Positions 48,651 to 60,781 of a stretch of 64,000 nucleotides of DNA are shown piece by piece. Position numbers and translations under genes: made by a program. This DNA comes from Callorhinchus milii (lineage: Eukaryota): the NCBI RefSeq assembly GCF_018977255.1, contig NW_024704743.1, forward strand, positions 99,884,001 through 99,948,000, given 5' to 3'. A model generated the notes under the pieces. The model did not search any database, had not been told where the DNA came from, and was given only the letters and a program-made list of their open reading frames with translations. The stretch's first letter is position 1. Every line of letters begins with the position of its first letter.

Positions 48651-50469
48651 CTGCCCTACCGCACATTCAATATTAATCCTTTCACAAGTACTGATTGCTT
48701 GTTTTTAAACCAATTTCTTATATAGTTATGTGTTCTACCCTTCAGTGGCTTTTACTGAATTAACAGCATCACAGGGAACCTTATTGAAATGCTTCTGAAA
48801 CCACTTTATAAATCATACGAAAATCCATCATCTTTTATAATTCCAAGAAGCAGCAAAAAAAAACAGTTACTGAATATGGATTATTTCATTATTTGCTTGC
48901 CTTGGCATGACTTCACTGGAAGTAAAGGTTTCCATTTGAATACCATATGTCTCTTGAATTTGCCAACATAGTGCTAAATTGTAGACATTTTTGTTATAGA
49001 TCCATATGTTAGGCTTATTTGATACTAGCAGAAAATTTAAAATAATATTTTTCAGCTAAGAGAAAACATTTTTATTGCATTAATCTGGTCTGAATTTAAA
49101 CACCTTTCTTTGAAATAAAAGAGACATACCAACTGGACCCCATAGATTCTGAAACTAAAAGCCCAGCTAGTATTACCTGGAACCTAAAGACATGTATGTG
49201 ACTACTAAATTAGATGGCTTTGATTATTATCGTTATCATAACATTGATATATGGTATTCCCGAATGCTTGGAAGACAACAGTTTAATTTCCCACAACCAA
49301 AATCTTTTTTACAGGATTGAGCAACCAAATGAGCTTTAATGTTAAATTAGAGGTAACCAGTGTTGGTTGTCATGTACAATGAGCAGTTGGCACTAAACTG
49401 CAACGTTGGCAATTTCAATATTTTTTTGCCAAATTAGATGATTTCAGTTATTTCATCCACAAAATACATATTCAGTCCACTTTAGATTATATTCTATGAA
49501 GTGCTTTGAGATGTCAACAACGTGATAAGGCTCTATATCAAATGAAAGGATTATTATTTATTGTCTCAGATTACATTTAATAGCACAAGATTTGTGAATT
49601 AGATTGGATATTTAAACAGACCACTCCACTATCTCCCTTTCAGTGGGTTAATCCTTTGAGGATTCACTGAAGAAACCTTCAGTGCCTTGTTGCAACTTCA
49701 GGAATTGCATGAAATTAGAATTCTGGAGTTGAGTTTTAGGAAAGGTCCACTAAATATGCAGCATTTATCTAGAGTTTGTACCATCCACTAGTAAAATTGT
49801 TTATTTGACATAAATTGTTCTTTCTAAGAATGTACAGTAAACTCCTGGTGATAAGACACCGACTTCAATAGTCGCACAGCTTAAATCACTAAGCTAGCAA
49901 TATCTCTGCTGCTTTCTGTGCAAAATGTGATGAAGGGACTCTACTTTATTCATCACGCCACTTAAAATGTAAGTAGTTACATTCTAGAAATTCCCATAAT
50001 TAAAACAGATTGGATAAATTGCTGGAACTCAAAGCAAACTAGTCTGTACTGCGGGAAAATATCACTGATCCTGAAGCAAACTCACGATGAGCGGCCTGGC
50101 GCAGGGAGATGTGGCTGAGTCATTCAGCCAGCCGCTAAGGATTAATGCTCCCAAGTTGTATATGCTTAAAAGGAACACAGTTTTGAAATCTTTAAGCAAA
50201 CATATTAAAAACACTTACTAGAATGGACAGAACAAAATAAATGGAAGTGATTATTATTCTCATGGTCATACTAGCTCGCTGGAGAAAAACATCTTCAGAT
50301 TGCCTTATTGGCTTAGCCTTAGAGAGTAGATTGCAAGCCAGTACAATAAATACTGAGTCAGTTGAAACTTTCTGAAGGAAACTCAACAGAGAATTAAGGG
50401 ATGTGTGTTTAGGATATGAAAATACAGCAACAGAAATAAGCAATAGAAAATAAGCACATTTATAGACCT

Positions 50470-50790
50470 GTGGAGTCCTGTAGCTCAGTGGTTAGAGCAC
50501 TCGCTTTGCAAGCGAGAGACCTGAGTTCAATTCCAGGCAGGATGAAACCTTGGGCAAGTTTCCTTACTCCACACAGAGCCTAATAATAATCCCTCCAAAA
50601 GCAAAAACAATAATAAATTGGTCATTTTCAATGTATGACTGTTTGTGGGACATTGCTGTGCGCAATTGGCTGTCGCGTTCGCCCACAAATATACAGTCAA
50701 TTCACTTTACGATATATTCTGTGAAGCGCTTTGGGACGTCTAGAAGACGTGAAAAGCGCTATATCAAATGCAAGGATTATTATTATTATA
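50470..50790 (+). mobile_element. Full-length tRNA-Ala-like SINE
   Basis: A and B boxes, body, tail with loop variant gacgtctagaagacgt, (ATT)n. Confidence 0.93.
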
Positions 50791-51624
50791 TGCCTGTACA
50801 TAAACATACTGTACTTAAATGAGTTTTCACAAATAAACTGACAGTCTTGGAGCCGGAATTGCTCTGTCACACTGACAACTCTCTCTGCACAGGTAGAATT
50901 TTGGGGTGGGCCACAGCACCCCCTTGGGGACCCTGGACCACAAGGACCCTACCCCACCCCTCCCCCATGCTTGGATTCTGACCCCTGACTGTCCAGCGCC
51001 TTGGGACGTCCTCCCGATATGAAAGGCGCTTTATAAATGTAATTTTGTTGTTGTGGAAGACTTGTGCTTAAATAGTCACTTCAGATAAATGGTTGCTGAG
51101 CTGTTTTCACTTGGAGTGATGATTTATCAGGAGCTTATTGTATTTCATAATGTATATGATCAAATATAGATAATTAGTATAAATAGTTGTCTTTTTTGCA
51201 TCACCCTGTTTTTAGTTTTCACTGGGGTCTGTTTGTTGAGTTGTGTGAACCATGTATACAGAGAGAATAGTTGTTTTGCCAACAACTGATGAGACTACAG
51301 TAGATTCTGTAAAGCCTCATTGATTGTAAACCTGTTCATTGGTGTTAATTGCATAATTCACTTTACATGTGTAGGAGTCGCATAATAAACTGAAATAATT
51401 ACATTTTTAAAAATCACTCTTAATATTTGAAGTTTGTCTTTTAATTTTATAACTTTATAGTTATAACATTGGATTTTTTTAAAGAAAATGTACATGAATA
51501 GTATGGGTTTGCCTGCAGTGTCTGGGTAAAATCACTTGGTATTTTTAGATTTTAGCATTTAAGGGGTAATATTTCTCACATTTTGAAAGGGAACGACTAT
51601 ATGGGTATACGTTTTGTATTTCAG

Positions 51625-51782
51625 GGGAGAATACACATTGCAAGTTAAAGCCTTCATTAATAAAAGTACATTGGATGGTCCGGTATTCAGATTGAATATA
51701 GTACCAGATCCTGAGAAACCTGTCAGCTTGCTTGTAGACTACGACAAAAATGCAACTTTTGTTGCTGGTGGAATTTTAACAG
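51625..51782 (+). CDS. SMCHD1: SMCHD1 exon 32
   Basis: tttcag|G GGA...ACA G|gtatgc; 158 nt; [52 protein letters not shown]; follows a 12,956-nt intron. Confidence 0.95.
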
Positions 51783-51994
51783 GTATGCAAAACATTCTCA
51801 TTTATAAAAGGTACAGTAGACCTCAGGATGATATACTTTGGTCAGCCAAAATAACGCTTGCAGAAATCCAGCGCCATTAAGTATTTATACTATTAAATAA
51901 TTTTATGTGACGAAAATACAGACTAGAAGATGATATTGCCCACTTTAAACCAAATCTAATCCAGATTATTAATGTGAATAACCATTATTGTATC

Positions 51995-53280
51995 TACATT
52001 CTGAGTTTAAGTAGTGTAACAGCTGTAATCTGCTTCAACCCTAATTGGGTATGCACATGACATTGTCTAAATTCGTTTTTCGTATAAAAATATATTTTTG
52101 TTGAGTGAATTACTAAATATTTTTACTTTACTTTTTAGTTTGTATAGTCTATTCAGCTATATTTATTATTGTATAGCCTTTTAAGATGTCGTAATTGTAT
52201 TTTGTCTCTACCCATTCAATTTCCGAGGCTCTCCAAAACAGTGTAAGGCAGCAATAAACGAAGCAAATGGGATGTTGGCTTGTATTGCCAATCAGATCAC
52301 ATCAAAGGCTCAATAGTCATACTTAAAGTGTATAGTTCTCTGGTCAGGCTGTATCTACAGTGCTCGATACAGTCCTGATTGCTGTGACACAGGCCATATT
52401 AGGCCCTAAAGGGAGTGCACACGGTTGCAAAGGGAAATTTCAAGATGGATACCAGGAAGTATTTCTTTACCTGGTAGGTAATTAACATTTTAAATAGTTT
52501 ACCAGAAAGGGTGATTGGGTCCAGGACATCAAACTCATTTTTTAAAAAAAAAACAGTTTGGTAACGTAGTGGGAGAATAGAAGAGTTGAGTATTCTGGAA
52601 GAAAGATCAAATACGTCAAAGAGCCTTCTTAATCCGAACCTCTCGTGATCACATTGATGGCTTTTAGAAAGTGGATAAGAAACATATACATGGATGATGA
52701 GTAAAGTAGATGTGTGCATCTGTTCTCAACCATGCATAAGGTAATGAATAATGTTATCCAGATTGTACATATGGGATCCAAACTGGAACCCATAAAGAAT
52801 ACAAAATAATGATTACAAAACAAAGTTAGATAGATGTGTATAGTTTGTAAAATGCCTTCAATTTTGTCCAGTTCTTTGGTCTCCAGTATACTATAGTGGA
52901 TGAAGAAAAGATGGGCTGCACATGTACACTGCATAAGGATAGTGTGTACTGGTAGTTCATGTTTTATTCCCTTTTCCCAAGTATACTTGTGAGAGTGGTA
53001 GTTTTCATAGTTTAATTAATACAAGTGACATATATGTATGTGACTTCAATTTTTTTTAAAGTTGTGCAACTTTTGTGTTTTTATTTTGTTTGAATACATT
53101 TTAAATATTTATAATTCATTTAACCGATGGAGATGTTTAACCTGAAAGGAAGAGCAATGTTTTAATTACCCTTTAATTGTGCTCCTGTATCTTTACATTC
53201 TGAGTTTAAGTAGTGTAACAGCTGTAATCTGCTTCAACCCGAATTGGGTATGCAAATGACATTGTCTAAATTTGTTTTTC
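51995..53280 (+). repeat. 87-nt direct repeat, two copies 1,199 nt apart (51995-52081 and 53194-53280)
   Basis: tacattctgagtttaagtagtgtaacagctgtaatctgcttcaaccc...; 3 mismatches counted by eye. Confidence 0.92.
52230..52575 (+). mobile_element. Old, internally deleted CR1 fragment
   Basis: aagcaaatgggatgttggcttgtattgcca...caggaagtatttctttac resembles the CR1 ORF2 C-terminus. Confidence 0.6.
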
Positions 53281-53697
53281 TTATAATAGTATATTTTGGT
53301 CCTAGTGTCAATTCTATATTCTGATGCTTTCAATACTTTAATGTAATTTAATGTAGGATTGAATTATTTGTAAATGAATGGAACGCAGAGAGCGTCTCCT
53401 TGACAGATATTGCTGTATTTTCACAATTCTGATCTAGCTAGTCACAGTGAACCCTTTTAAGGTTGTTACTCATGAGAAATGTAGCAATGTCATATCACTG
53501 ATTTTTTTTCATGGCTTCCAAAATACATTTTTTTAAAGAGAATATGAGTCCAAATACACTCATTGGTCATGAGTAACAACCTCAAAAGTTAAAACATAGA
53601 ACATTACTTTCTGCAAATAAATATCCACCTAATAATGGAAGGGGCATGCTTGGTAGATTGAACAGAAAAAGTGCATGTGCCTCCTTAAGGTCAGTAA

Positions 53698-53936
53698 CAA
53701 TAAAATAATCCTTGCATTTGATATAGCGCTTTTCACGTCTTCTCGACGTCTCAGAACGCTTCACAGAATAGACTGTGAAGTCAATTGACTGTATATTTGT
53801 GGGCGAAACACGGCAGCCAATTGCACACAGCAGTGTCCCACAAGCAGTCTGGATTGAAAATGACCAATTTATTATTGTTTTGTTTTTTGGAGGGATTATT
53901 ATTAGGCGTGTGGAGTAAGGAAACTTGCCCAAGGTT
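53698..53936 (-). mobile_element. SINE lacking its tRNA head
   Basis: Reverse complement of the SINE from aaccttgggcaagtttccttactccacacg to the tail. Confidence 0.9.
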
Positions 53937-54110
53937 ACGGTGGAGTCGTACAAAAATGCCACTAAAAGAAACAAAATACTTATTATTTAAGCTTATTAAA
54001 CTGCCAAGTATAACTCACATTTTTTGCATAATATTGTTCACATACTTTACTAAAATTTGTTTGAAGAATGAGACCACTGTTTATTACACTCTTGTTCTGT
54101 TGTTTTCTAG

Positions 54111-54226
54111 AATTTGTGGTTAGTGTTGTTTCTGAAGATGATACTGTCATGAGGACCATCAGTCCAGCAGGACTTACCATGAGAATGTGGAGGGGACAGA
54201 GCTCCACTCAAAGACCTCCTGCCAAT
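54111..54226 (+). CDS. SMCHD1: SMCHD1 exon 33
   Basis: ttctag|AA...AAT|gtaagt; 116 nt; FVVSVVSEDDTVMRTISPAGLTMRMWRGQSSTQRPPAN. Confidence 0.93.
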
Positions 54227-55099
54227 GTAAGTAGAAAGAACCTCACTGCTGCTGTAGTAATGCGCATTAAAGTAGTCGGTTCTGACAGTCACCCTTCACT
54301 GACAAGCATGACTAGTATTTTGAAAAGGTAAGGTCTTTGGATGTCACTGCAATCCAAAGATATTCCATTTTATGCACAATATAAGTCAAATTCGTTCTTG
54401 CCTTTGATATATATGAGCAGAATATGCTGCTTCAGTATGTTGATGGAAACTGAGTAACAAGATATCTGATGAGGAAGATGTGCAGTTGATTTGCAGTCAA
54501 CAATGAATTCTGCGGTGCTGAATATTGAATAAAACTCATTCTGTGTCCTGGGGTCTCTGTATGTCTAGAGGGAGAAGGTTTAAGAAGACTGCGTATTTAG
54601 ATGATCAACTGTCTAGATCAGCCACTCAGGAAAAATATATGAGTTATCCGACAAAACTTGACAGTGGGCCTATTGCTTAAACGTGGAATATCTCAGGAAA
54701 AATCTTTATGAATGTTGCTTAATAGATATCAGATTCAGACTTTCGGAAGTAATTATTCTACCAATGGAACCCCTTACTGGCAAAAGGTTCTATTCTCATA
54801 AGGCTTCAATAATTTCAGCCAAAATTTACTTCAGAACTTGATGTTGATCGAGGCAGCCTTCTTTATTCTCCTTGTTCTTAAATTATATATAATGTCCTTA
54901 TAACTGAGTATTTAGGCACAGTGGCTGATGGCTCGGCCGCCGAAGATTAATCTGAGATCTTTAGAGCTAAACCAATACTGTACAACAGTACCTCATGTGA
55001 AGAATTATCCAGCCCTGCAACATTTCCTTGTCTGACTTAATCAGCCTCTCTCACTGACTCACTGAGCCAGTTCTCAACCTTGCCATTTGGTTCAACCTT

Positions 55100-55660
55100 C
55101 GGCTCTCCTTTTGCCCTCACATTTAGTCTTGATCAAGATCTCTTGATAAACTTTGCAACATCGCCCACTTGTGTCCCTATCTCATTCCACTACTTCCAAA
55201 ACTTTCATTCTCGTCTTTGTTATGCCCGGACTCAACTTCTCAAACACTTTCCTTTGTTGGCCTCCCCAGCTCTTCCATCCCACAAGTTCCAGTTTATCCA
55301 AAAATCTGCTGCCCACTTACTTGCTTATCTGCATGAACCTTCACATGTTCATCACTCCCATTCTCTCCAGCCTTCACTCTTCCATGGAACATCTTCAAGA
55401 AGCTTACTCACCTACAAAATACCTGTGCACCCTCCTGCCTGCCTCTGCGATCTTCTCCAGTCTCTCTCCTGCATGTGACATGTACTATGCCCCAGCATCG
55501 GCCTCTATGGTCCCAGTTTCTGGAACTCCTGCCTCAACCCCTTTCTTGCCCATCTCTATCTTCACACATTGTCTGTGATTAATTCCCCCCTCCCCCACCC
55601 CACCATTCTCTACTCAGTCTCTAAAATGCTCCAAAATGTTACACTATATTGACACTATAT
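55100..55660 (+). mobile_element. Highly degraded L2 fragment
   Basis: SHKFQFIQKSAAHLL...LLTYK-like residual peptide; pyrimidine-rich. Confidence 0.6.
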
Positions 55661-56508
55661 AAACGGAATTAAACGGAAATTAAATGAATGGGGAAACTGC
55701 AAGATATTTAAATGCATCATTCGAGACAAGTTATGTTAACTGCTGCTGGCTCTGGTTTCTGTACAATGTTTGGCTGTAATCCTGCAGTTTGCAGAAATAT
55801 GACAATCTCTTCTGAATATCCACAAAATGTTACTTTAGTGGAGCAACTGTTCCATGAGATTCGGAACCTAGTAATGCTGAAGATGCCTTGTAAGTTGTTC
55901 TTCTGAGATTTTCTATGCAGTATTTTCTTTAAATTATATTTAATTCAACCTAAGAGAATAGTAGTTTGGAAAAGTTCAGCATTTGTGGAATTTCTGTACA
56001 AATTCCTCACGCTCTCTCTCTCCAACCTGCTCACACCCTACTCTTCTACCCATCCCCTTCTCTCAGACCTTTTGCATTTCCCCTGACTGTTCCAATCCAC
56101 GTTCGGCAGCCGTGCCTTCAGCTACTACACTCTGAACCTCTTGAACTCTATGCCTCAATCCCTCTACCTTTCCTTCTCTTTATCCATCTTTAAATTACAC
56201 GTGAAGACTTTCCTGTTCGACCTTGCCTATGGTCATCTCCCCTTTGTCCTGGCTCGGTGTCACATTCTGCCATTGTTCAGTCCTACACCACGTGATGATT
56301 GTAATGTTAATGCAAGTTGTTAATTTTCATGTTGTAAAATGGGAAATGTTTATTTTTAATCGGTTTTGAAGAAGTGTTGATTTGGAATCATTATAGTCTG
56401 AATTCACATGGTATCAAATATTAATCCTTAACAATGTAATTCTTACTTCATGTGAAATTCTACCAAAATGGAATTGTTTGTCCTTAGCCTCTCTTTGGCT
56501 TTTCTCAG

Positions 56509-56570
56509 GCCACTGTTCTGAACCGCAGCAAGAGCCGGGAGAGTGACAAAGAGGACTGCGTTTATTTCAG
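56509..56570 (+). CDS. SMCHD1: SMCHD1 exon 34
   Basis: tctcag|GCC...AG|gtattc; 62 nt; ATVLNRSKSRESDKEDCVYF; divergent but phase-compatible, DKED..YFR motif retained. Confidence 0.88.
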
Positions 56571-57329
56571 GTATTCATAATTCAATTTTGATTCGTCGTG
56601 ACCTTGATGACTAGAAATTATTAAATATCGTTTTGTTGTAATTTTGAAACTGAATTGCTGACAAGTTATGCTATAAACACTTGGCACGGACTAGTTGAGC
56701 TACATTGCCCCTTTTCCTGCTGTGACATTGTATTGTTGGGGTTAGATTGTACGTGATGTTAACACACAGGGCACAGCTGTGTCAGACTAAGTTCAGTCAG
56801 AAGTACTACAATACTGTTAATGAGAACAAATAAAGTGACCATTTGGGTAATTATGCCATTAGTGTAAGTTTGAGATAATGATAGCCTATATAAAAGTTGA
56901 TGATCATTGTTTTATCTGAAACTGACCTATACAGGTACATCGTTCATCTCTACTGAATTACCTGACCAGCTGGTTGAGTATGGGGTGCTATCATTTTCCA
57001 TCAGTAATTTATGTAGGGGGTAGAAATTAGCATGGCTCCTGACTGCTACCCAATGATTCCCCCCTTTCTTGGAATGTGGCCACTGAACAAGGCCAAAATT
57101 AGGCTTGGCTTTAATACCAGCCAAGGTTAAATAGTCAGTTAATGTGCTCACTGTCGAGTCTCGCACAAGAAGAATAGTTACTTTGAACATGAGAATTTCT
57201 GATCTTCGTGGTTTAGTGCTGCACTTTATTAGGACTCAAAGGAGCAAGAACTTAAAGAATTTAAATGGGGGAATCTTGTACACTAAGGCTGACATTTTTT
57301 NAATTGCTCCAATATGCCCAATGGAATAA

Positions 57330-57660
57330 GTACAATAACAAAACTTGCAATTATATAGCGCCCTCGACGCAGGGAAGCGTTTCAGAGCGCTTAACAGTAG
57401 CAGAGCCTGACTAAGCCAGGTGGGGGAGAGAGGGGGCAAGGCAGAGGGAGAGTGTTCCACAGTTTCAGGCGTAGTGGCTGAAAGCGCGACCTCCAATGGT
57501 GGAGTGGCAGGGTGCCAGGAACAAGCAGGAGGCCGGTGCCAGTCGAGCGGAAGCGGTGGATTGGGGAGTAAGGAAGTCGGAGAGTTGCCAGGGAGTGAAC
57601 GGATTTGAACACAAGTGTGAGGATCTTGAAGTCATTCCCAAATAGTGGATTGAAAGCAGT
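57330..57660 (-). mobile_element. L2 3' fragment
   Basis: Tail rc aacttgcaattatatagcgccctc...agagcgctt; peptide TIGGRAFSHYA / KLWNTLP on the minus strand. Confidence 0.75.
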
Positions 57661-58405
57661 GTAACTGCACTGAGATGCATATGACCTAATAGGGCTGGAA
57701 CAATGGAGGTCTCTGAGGGTTCAAGAACTAATGATTTATAATTAAGTTTAAATGCTTTTGGGGGGGAATGGGGGTGAAACCTCAGAAAGGGGATATAATC
57801 CCTCTGCCATTTCCTGCCTTCTTTCACCCAAGGGGAATATCTGTATAAAATTAGCACATATTCTATTGTTTGCCTTTTTAATGGATTAATTTAAACTACT
57901 AGTTACTGTTTTTTAATTAATTGTTCATAGCCTCTTATTACAAAGGCCTTGGCCAGTTGTTTAAATCAAGTGGACTTCTTCACTGTATTCTTCAATATAG
58001 TGATCATATTAGCTTTAAACAATGTTTTTAAACATTGCTACAGGAGAACAAACCAAATGTCAACAGTTGTTTTTTAAAAAATACGGTACTTCTTGATCAC
58101 CATATTTCCAAACCTGCTTTCCATAATTCTGTGCATATTTCCATGGACATGTATCCATATGATGTTGTGGGAGAGTATCTGTTGAATCTATATGACTAAA
58201 CTGATTCTTAGCTTCTCTGACGAACCCAGAAACCAACTACATTTAAATGTGTCCCAAAATGTTAGTGTTTCAAAATTACCTATCATTTAAAAATAAAAAA
58301 TACTATATTGATGCCACATTGTAAGGAAAATTTGAAACTCATGCCTATATTTATGCAGCTATGAAAATTGTTCAAATTCTACAAATGCTAACTGTACCTT
58401 TACAG

Positions 58406-58487
58406 GGAAAAAATCATTCCAGAACGGACAGGCTTGTACTCCATTCAGTTTACATACTCACAAGAGAAGTTACTCTACAGTCAGCAG
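58406..58487 (+). CDS. SMCHD1: SMCHD1 exon 35
   Basis: ttacag|G GAA...CAG|gtatgt; 82 nt; EKIIPERTGLYSIQFTYSQEKLLYSQQ. Confidence 0.9.
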
Positions 58488-58824
58488 GTATGTATTTTGC
58501 TTTTATATTGCAAATCCTTTGAAGGATTCAATGAAGGTGTTCAGTGGACCTGCTGCTCGGACAGCTGTGTCGAGCTTTGAGACGTCCCAATGAGAAAGGC
58601 ATATAAATCTAAATTGTATTGTAGTAAACCTGATGTATGTTCTGAGCAATCTCATCCTCTCTTTGCTGTCGTGGAAACTAGACAATCAAACAAATCTCCC
58701 ATAACACAATGGAACCAAAAATATTACAGCACCCAAGTTTGTTATGAAAGATAGTATTTGCAACAGTAATATAGTAGTAATAAATTGCTAGGAATCCAGT
58801 ATATTATTACTTTGCATCTAAAGA

Positions 58825-59138
58825 GGAGTCCTGTAGCTCAGTGGTTAGAGCACTCGCTTTGCAAGTGAGAGACCTGAGTCCAATTCCAGGCAGGGCGAAA
58901 CCTTGGGCAAGTTTCCTTACTCCACACGCCTAATAATAATCCCTCCAAAAAACAAAAACAATAATAAATTGGTCATTTTCAATCTACGACTGTTTGTGGG
59001 ACATTGCTGTGCGCAATTGGCTGCCGCGTTCGCCCACAAATATACAGTCAATTCACTTTACAGTCTATTCTGTGAAGCGCTTTGGGACGTCCTCCCGACG
59101 TGAAAAGCGCTATATCAAATGCAAGGATTATTATATTA
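58825..59138 (+). mobile_element. Full-length tRNA-Ala-like SINE with 6-bp TSD
   Basis: A and B boxes, body, tail; taaaga at 58819-58824 and 59139-59144. Confidence 0.93.
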
Positions 59139-60649
59139 TAAAGATAATTGGAGCCCTCACATTTTGAGCTATGTGTTACACAATACTACTTTAATGGTTT
59201 ATGGTTTATTTTAATTGTTTGTTCAAAACAGTATAAAGCAGTCATTCAAACCAGGAAAGCCCCCAGACTGTTAGGTTAGCCAATCTCAGGCAGCATTCAG
59301 AGGTAGTAAGTTGACCTCAAGACTTCTAGCAGGAATTGTGACAGTATTTTCCCTTCTCAGCAATTCTATTTTAATTTTAGTCCTGCACTACATAATTATT
59401 GTACACCAACATTTTATTTTGTGGTAATCATATTTTCTCTTATACATTACTGTACTTAGCTAGTTACCTAAGGTGATACATTTGCATTGATTTTCACTTC
59501 TAAACAATACTGGTAGTAATGTGTTGCGTATGAAGCAGTCCTCCAGTTAATTTTTTTTTACATCTTGCTATTTGTGGGACATTGCTATGTGCAAATTGGC
59601 TGCCTTGATCGCCTATGAATACCCAGTCACTATACTAAGAATTTCACTGTAGTGCTTTGAGTCATTTTTATGTGATTTGATTAATTCAGAGCCAAGTATT
59701 GTTATCAAAGTGAACCATCTTCAATAGCAGATTTTTTACTTTTATTGTATATATTGCTGCCACCACATGCCACAAGATGTTTGGGGAATTTATCACTACC
59801 ACAGGATCAGCCCATTATTGATCAACCTTTCAATATAAAGGAAAGTAAAATAATTAGATTTATTTATTTTTCACCATTCTAAATTTGAACTTCGTACAAG
59901 GCAAGGAACTGTAGTTCCCAGAATGTAAACTAGTTATTTTGAAAATCGCAGCACCAATAAATATGTAGCAGAAATGTGAGGGAAATGCATTGACTTCACG
60001 GATATTTGGGTTCTTCCCTCATCCCCCATTTGAAAGACAGTTAATCTTGCTCAAGTACTAGTGGCCACTATCTTGCCCAAGCAGCCATTATTTTTGGAAG
60101 CTTAGGCTGTGCAAATATTACTATCAAACCTAACTGTCTCGTCACCCAACTTTCATTTGTGTATTTAACAGCAGAGGCCATCAAAGCAGTGAATCTTGTC
60201 TCATTGTTTTGTCTCCCTTCCCAAATCTGGAACATTAGCTAATTTTCACACCCTTGATAATGCTGTTCTGCCTCTGATTGATTAATTTGTACAGGGCATG
60301 GATAAAGCTAAGAGCATCCTCATGTGCACAGCTCAGTGTCTCACCAAGTGTTGCAGCCAACTATTATCTTCACGTAGATTATGTTTAGGAGGGCACGTCT
60401 CTAATAGCTACTGAGGTATTGTCTGTAAGTATTAATGTGTCTGACTGATACATAATAATCCTTGCGTCTTTTACGTGGGCAGGATTTCTCAAAGCACTTC
60501 ATAGGATTTACAACACCTGGATTTTCTGAAATATTGTGTTGATTTAATTATAAATTAGTCTGACCACAGATGTTCATTTTATTTCAATACAGTTTCTGAA
60601 TCATGTATATAAGTAATAAATGTTTGTTTATTTTGTTGTTAAATTCTAG

Positions 60650-60781
60650 ATTGTTTTCAGTGTGATACCAGGTGAACCAGTGAAATTAATGCCAGAGGCA
60701 CAGCCAGCCACTCCTGTGGTTTCAAATGTCCGCAGTGTCACCAATCGTACTTTGGTTAAGAATTTGTGCCTAAAGATCATG
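60650..60781 (+). CDS. SMCHD1: SMCHD1 exon 36
   Basis: ttctag|ATT...ATG|gtaatt; 132 nt; IVFSVIPGEPVKLMPEAQPATPVVSNVRSVTNRTLVKNLCLKIM. Confidence 0.92.

Noticed and set aside
53937..53952. ggtggagtcgtac next to the headless minus SINE, resembling an inverted SINE 5' start
   Set aside because: The match is only about 9-10 nt, too short to support a 5' inversion.
57301..57301. Single ambiguous base (n)
   Set aside because: Assembly ambiguity after a T run in an intron; no exon is affected.
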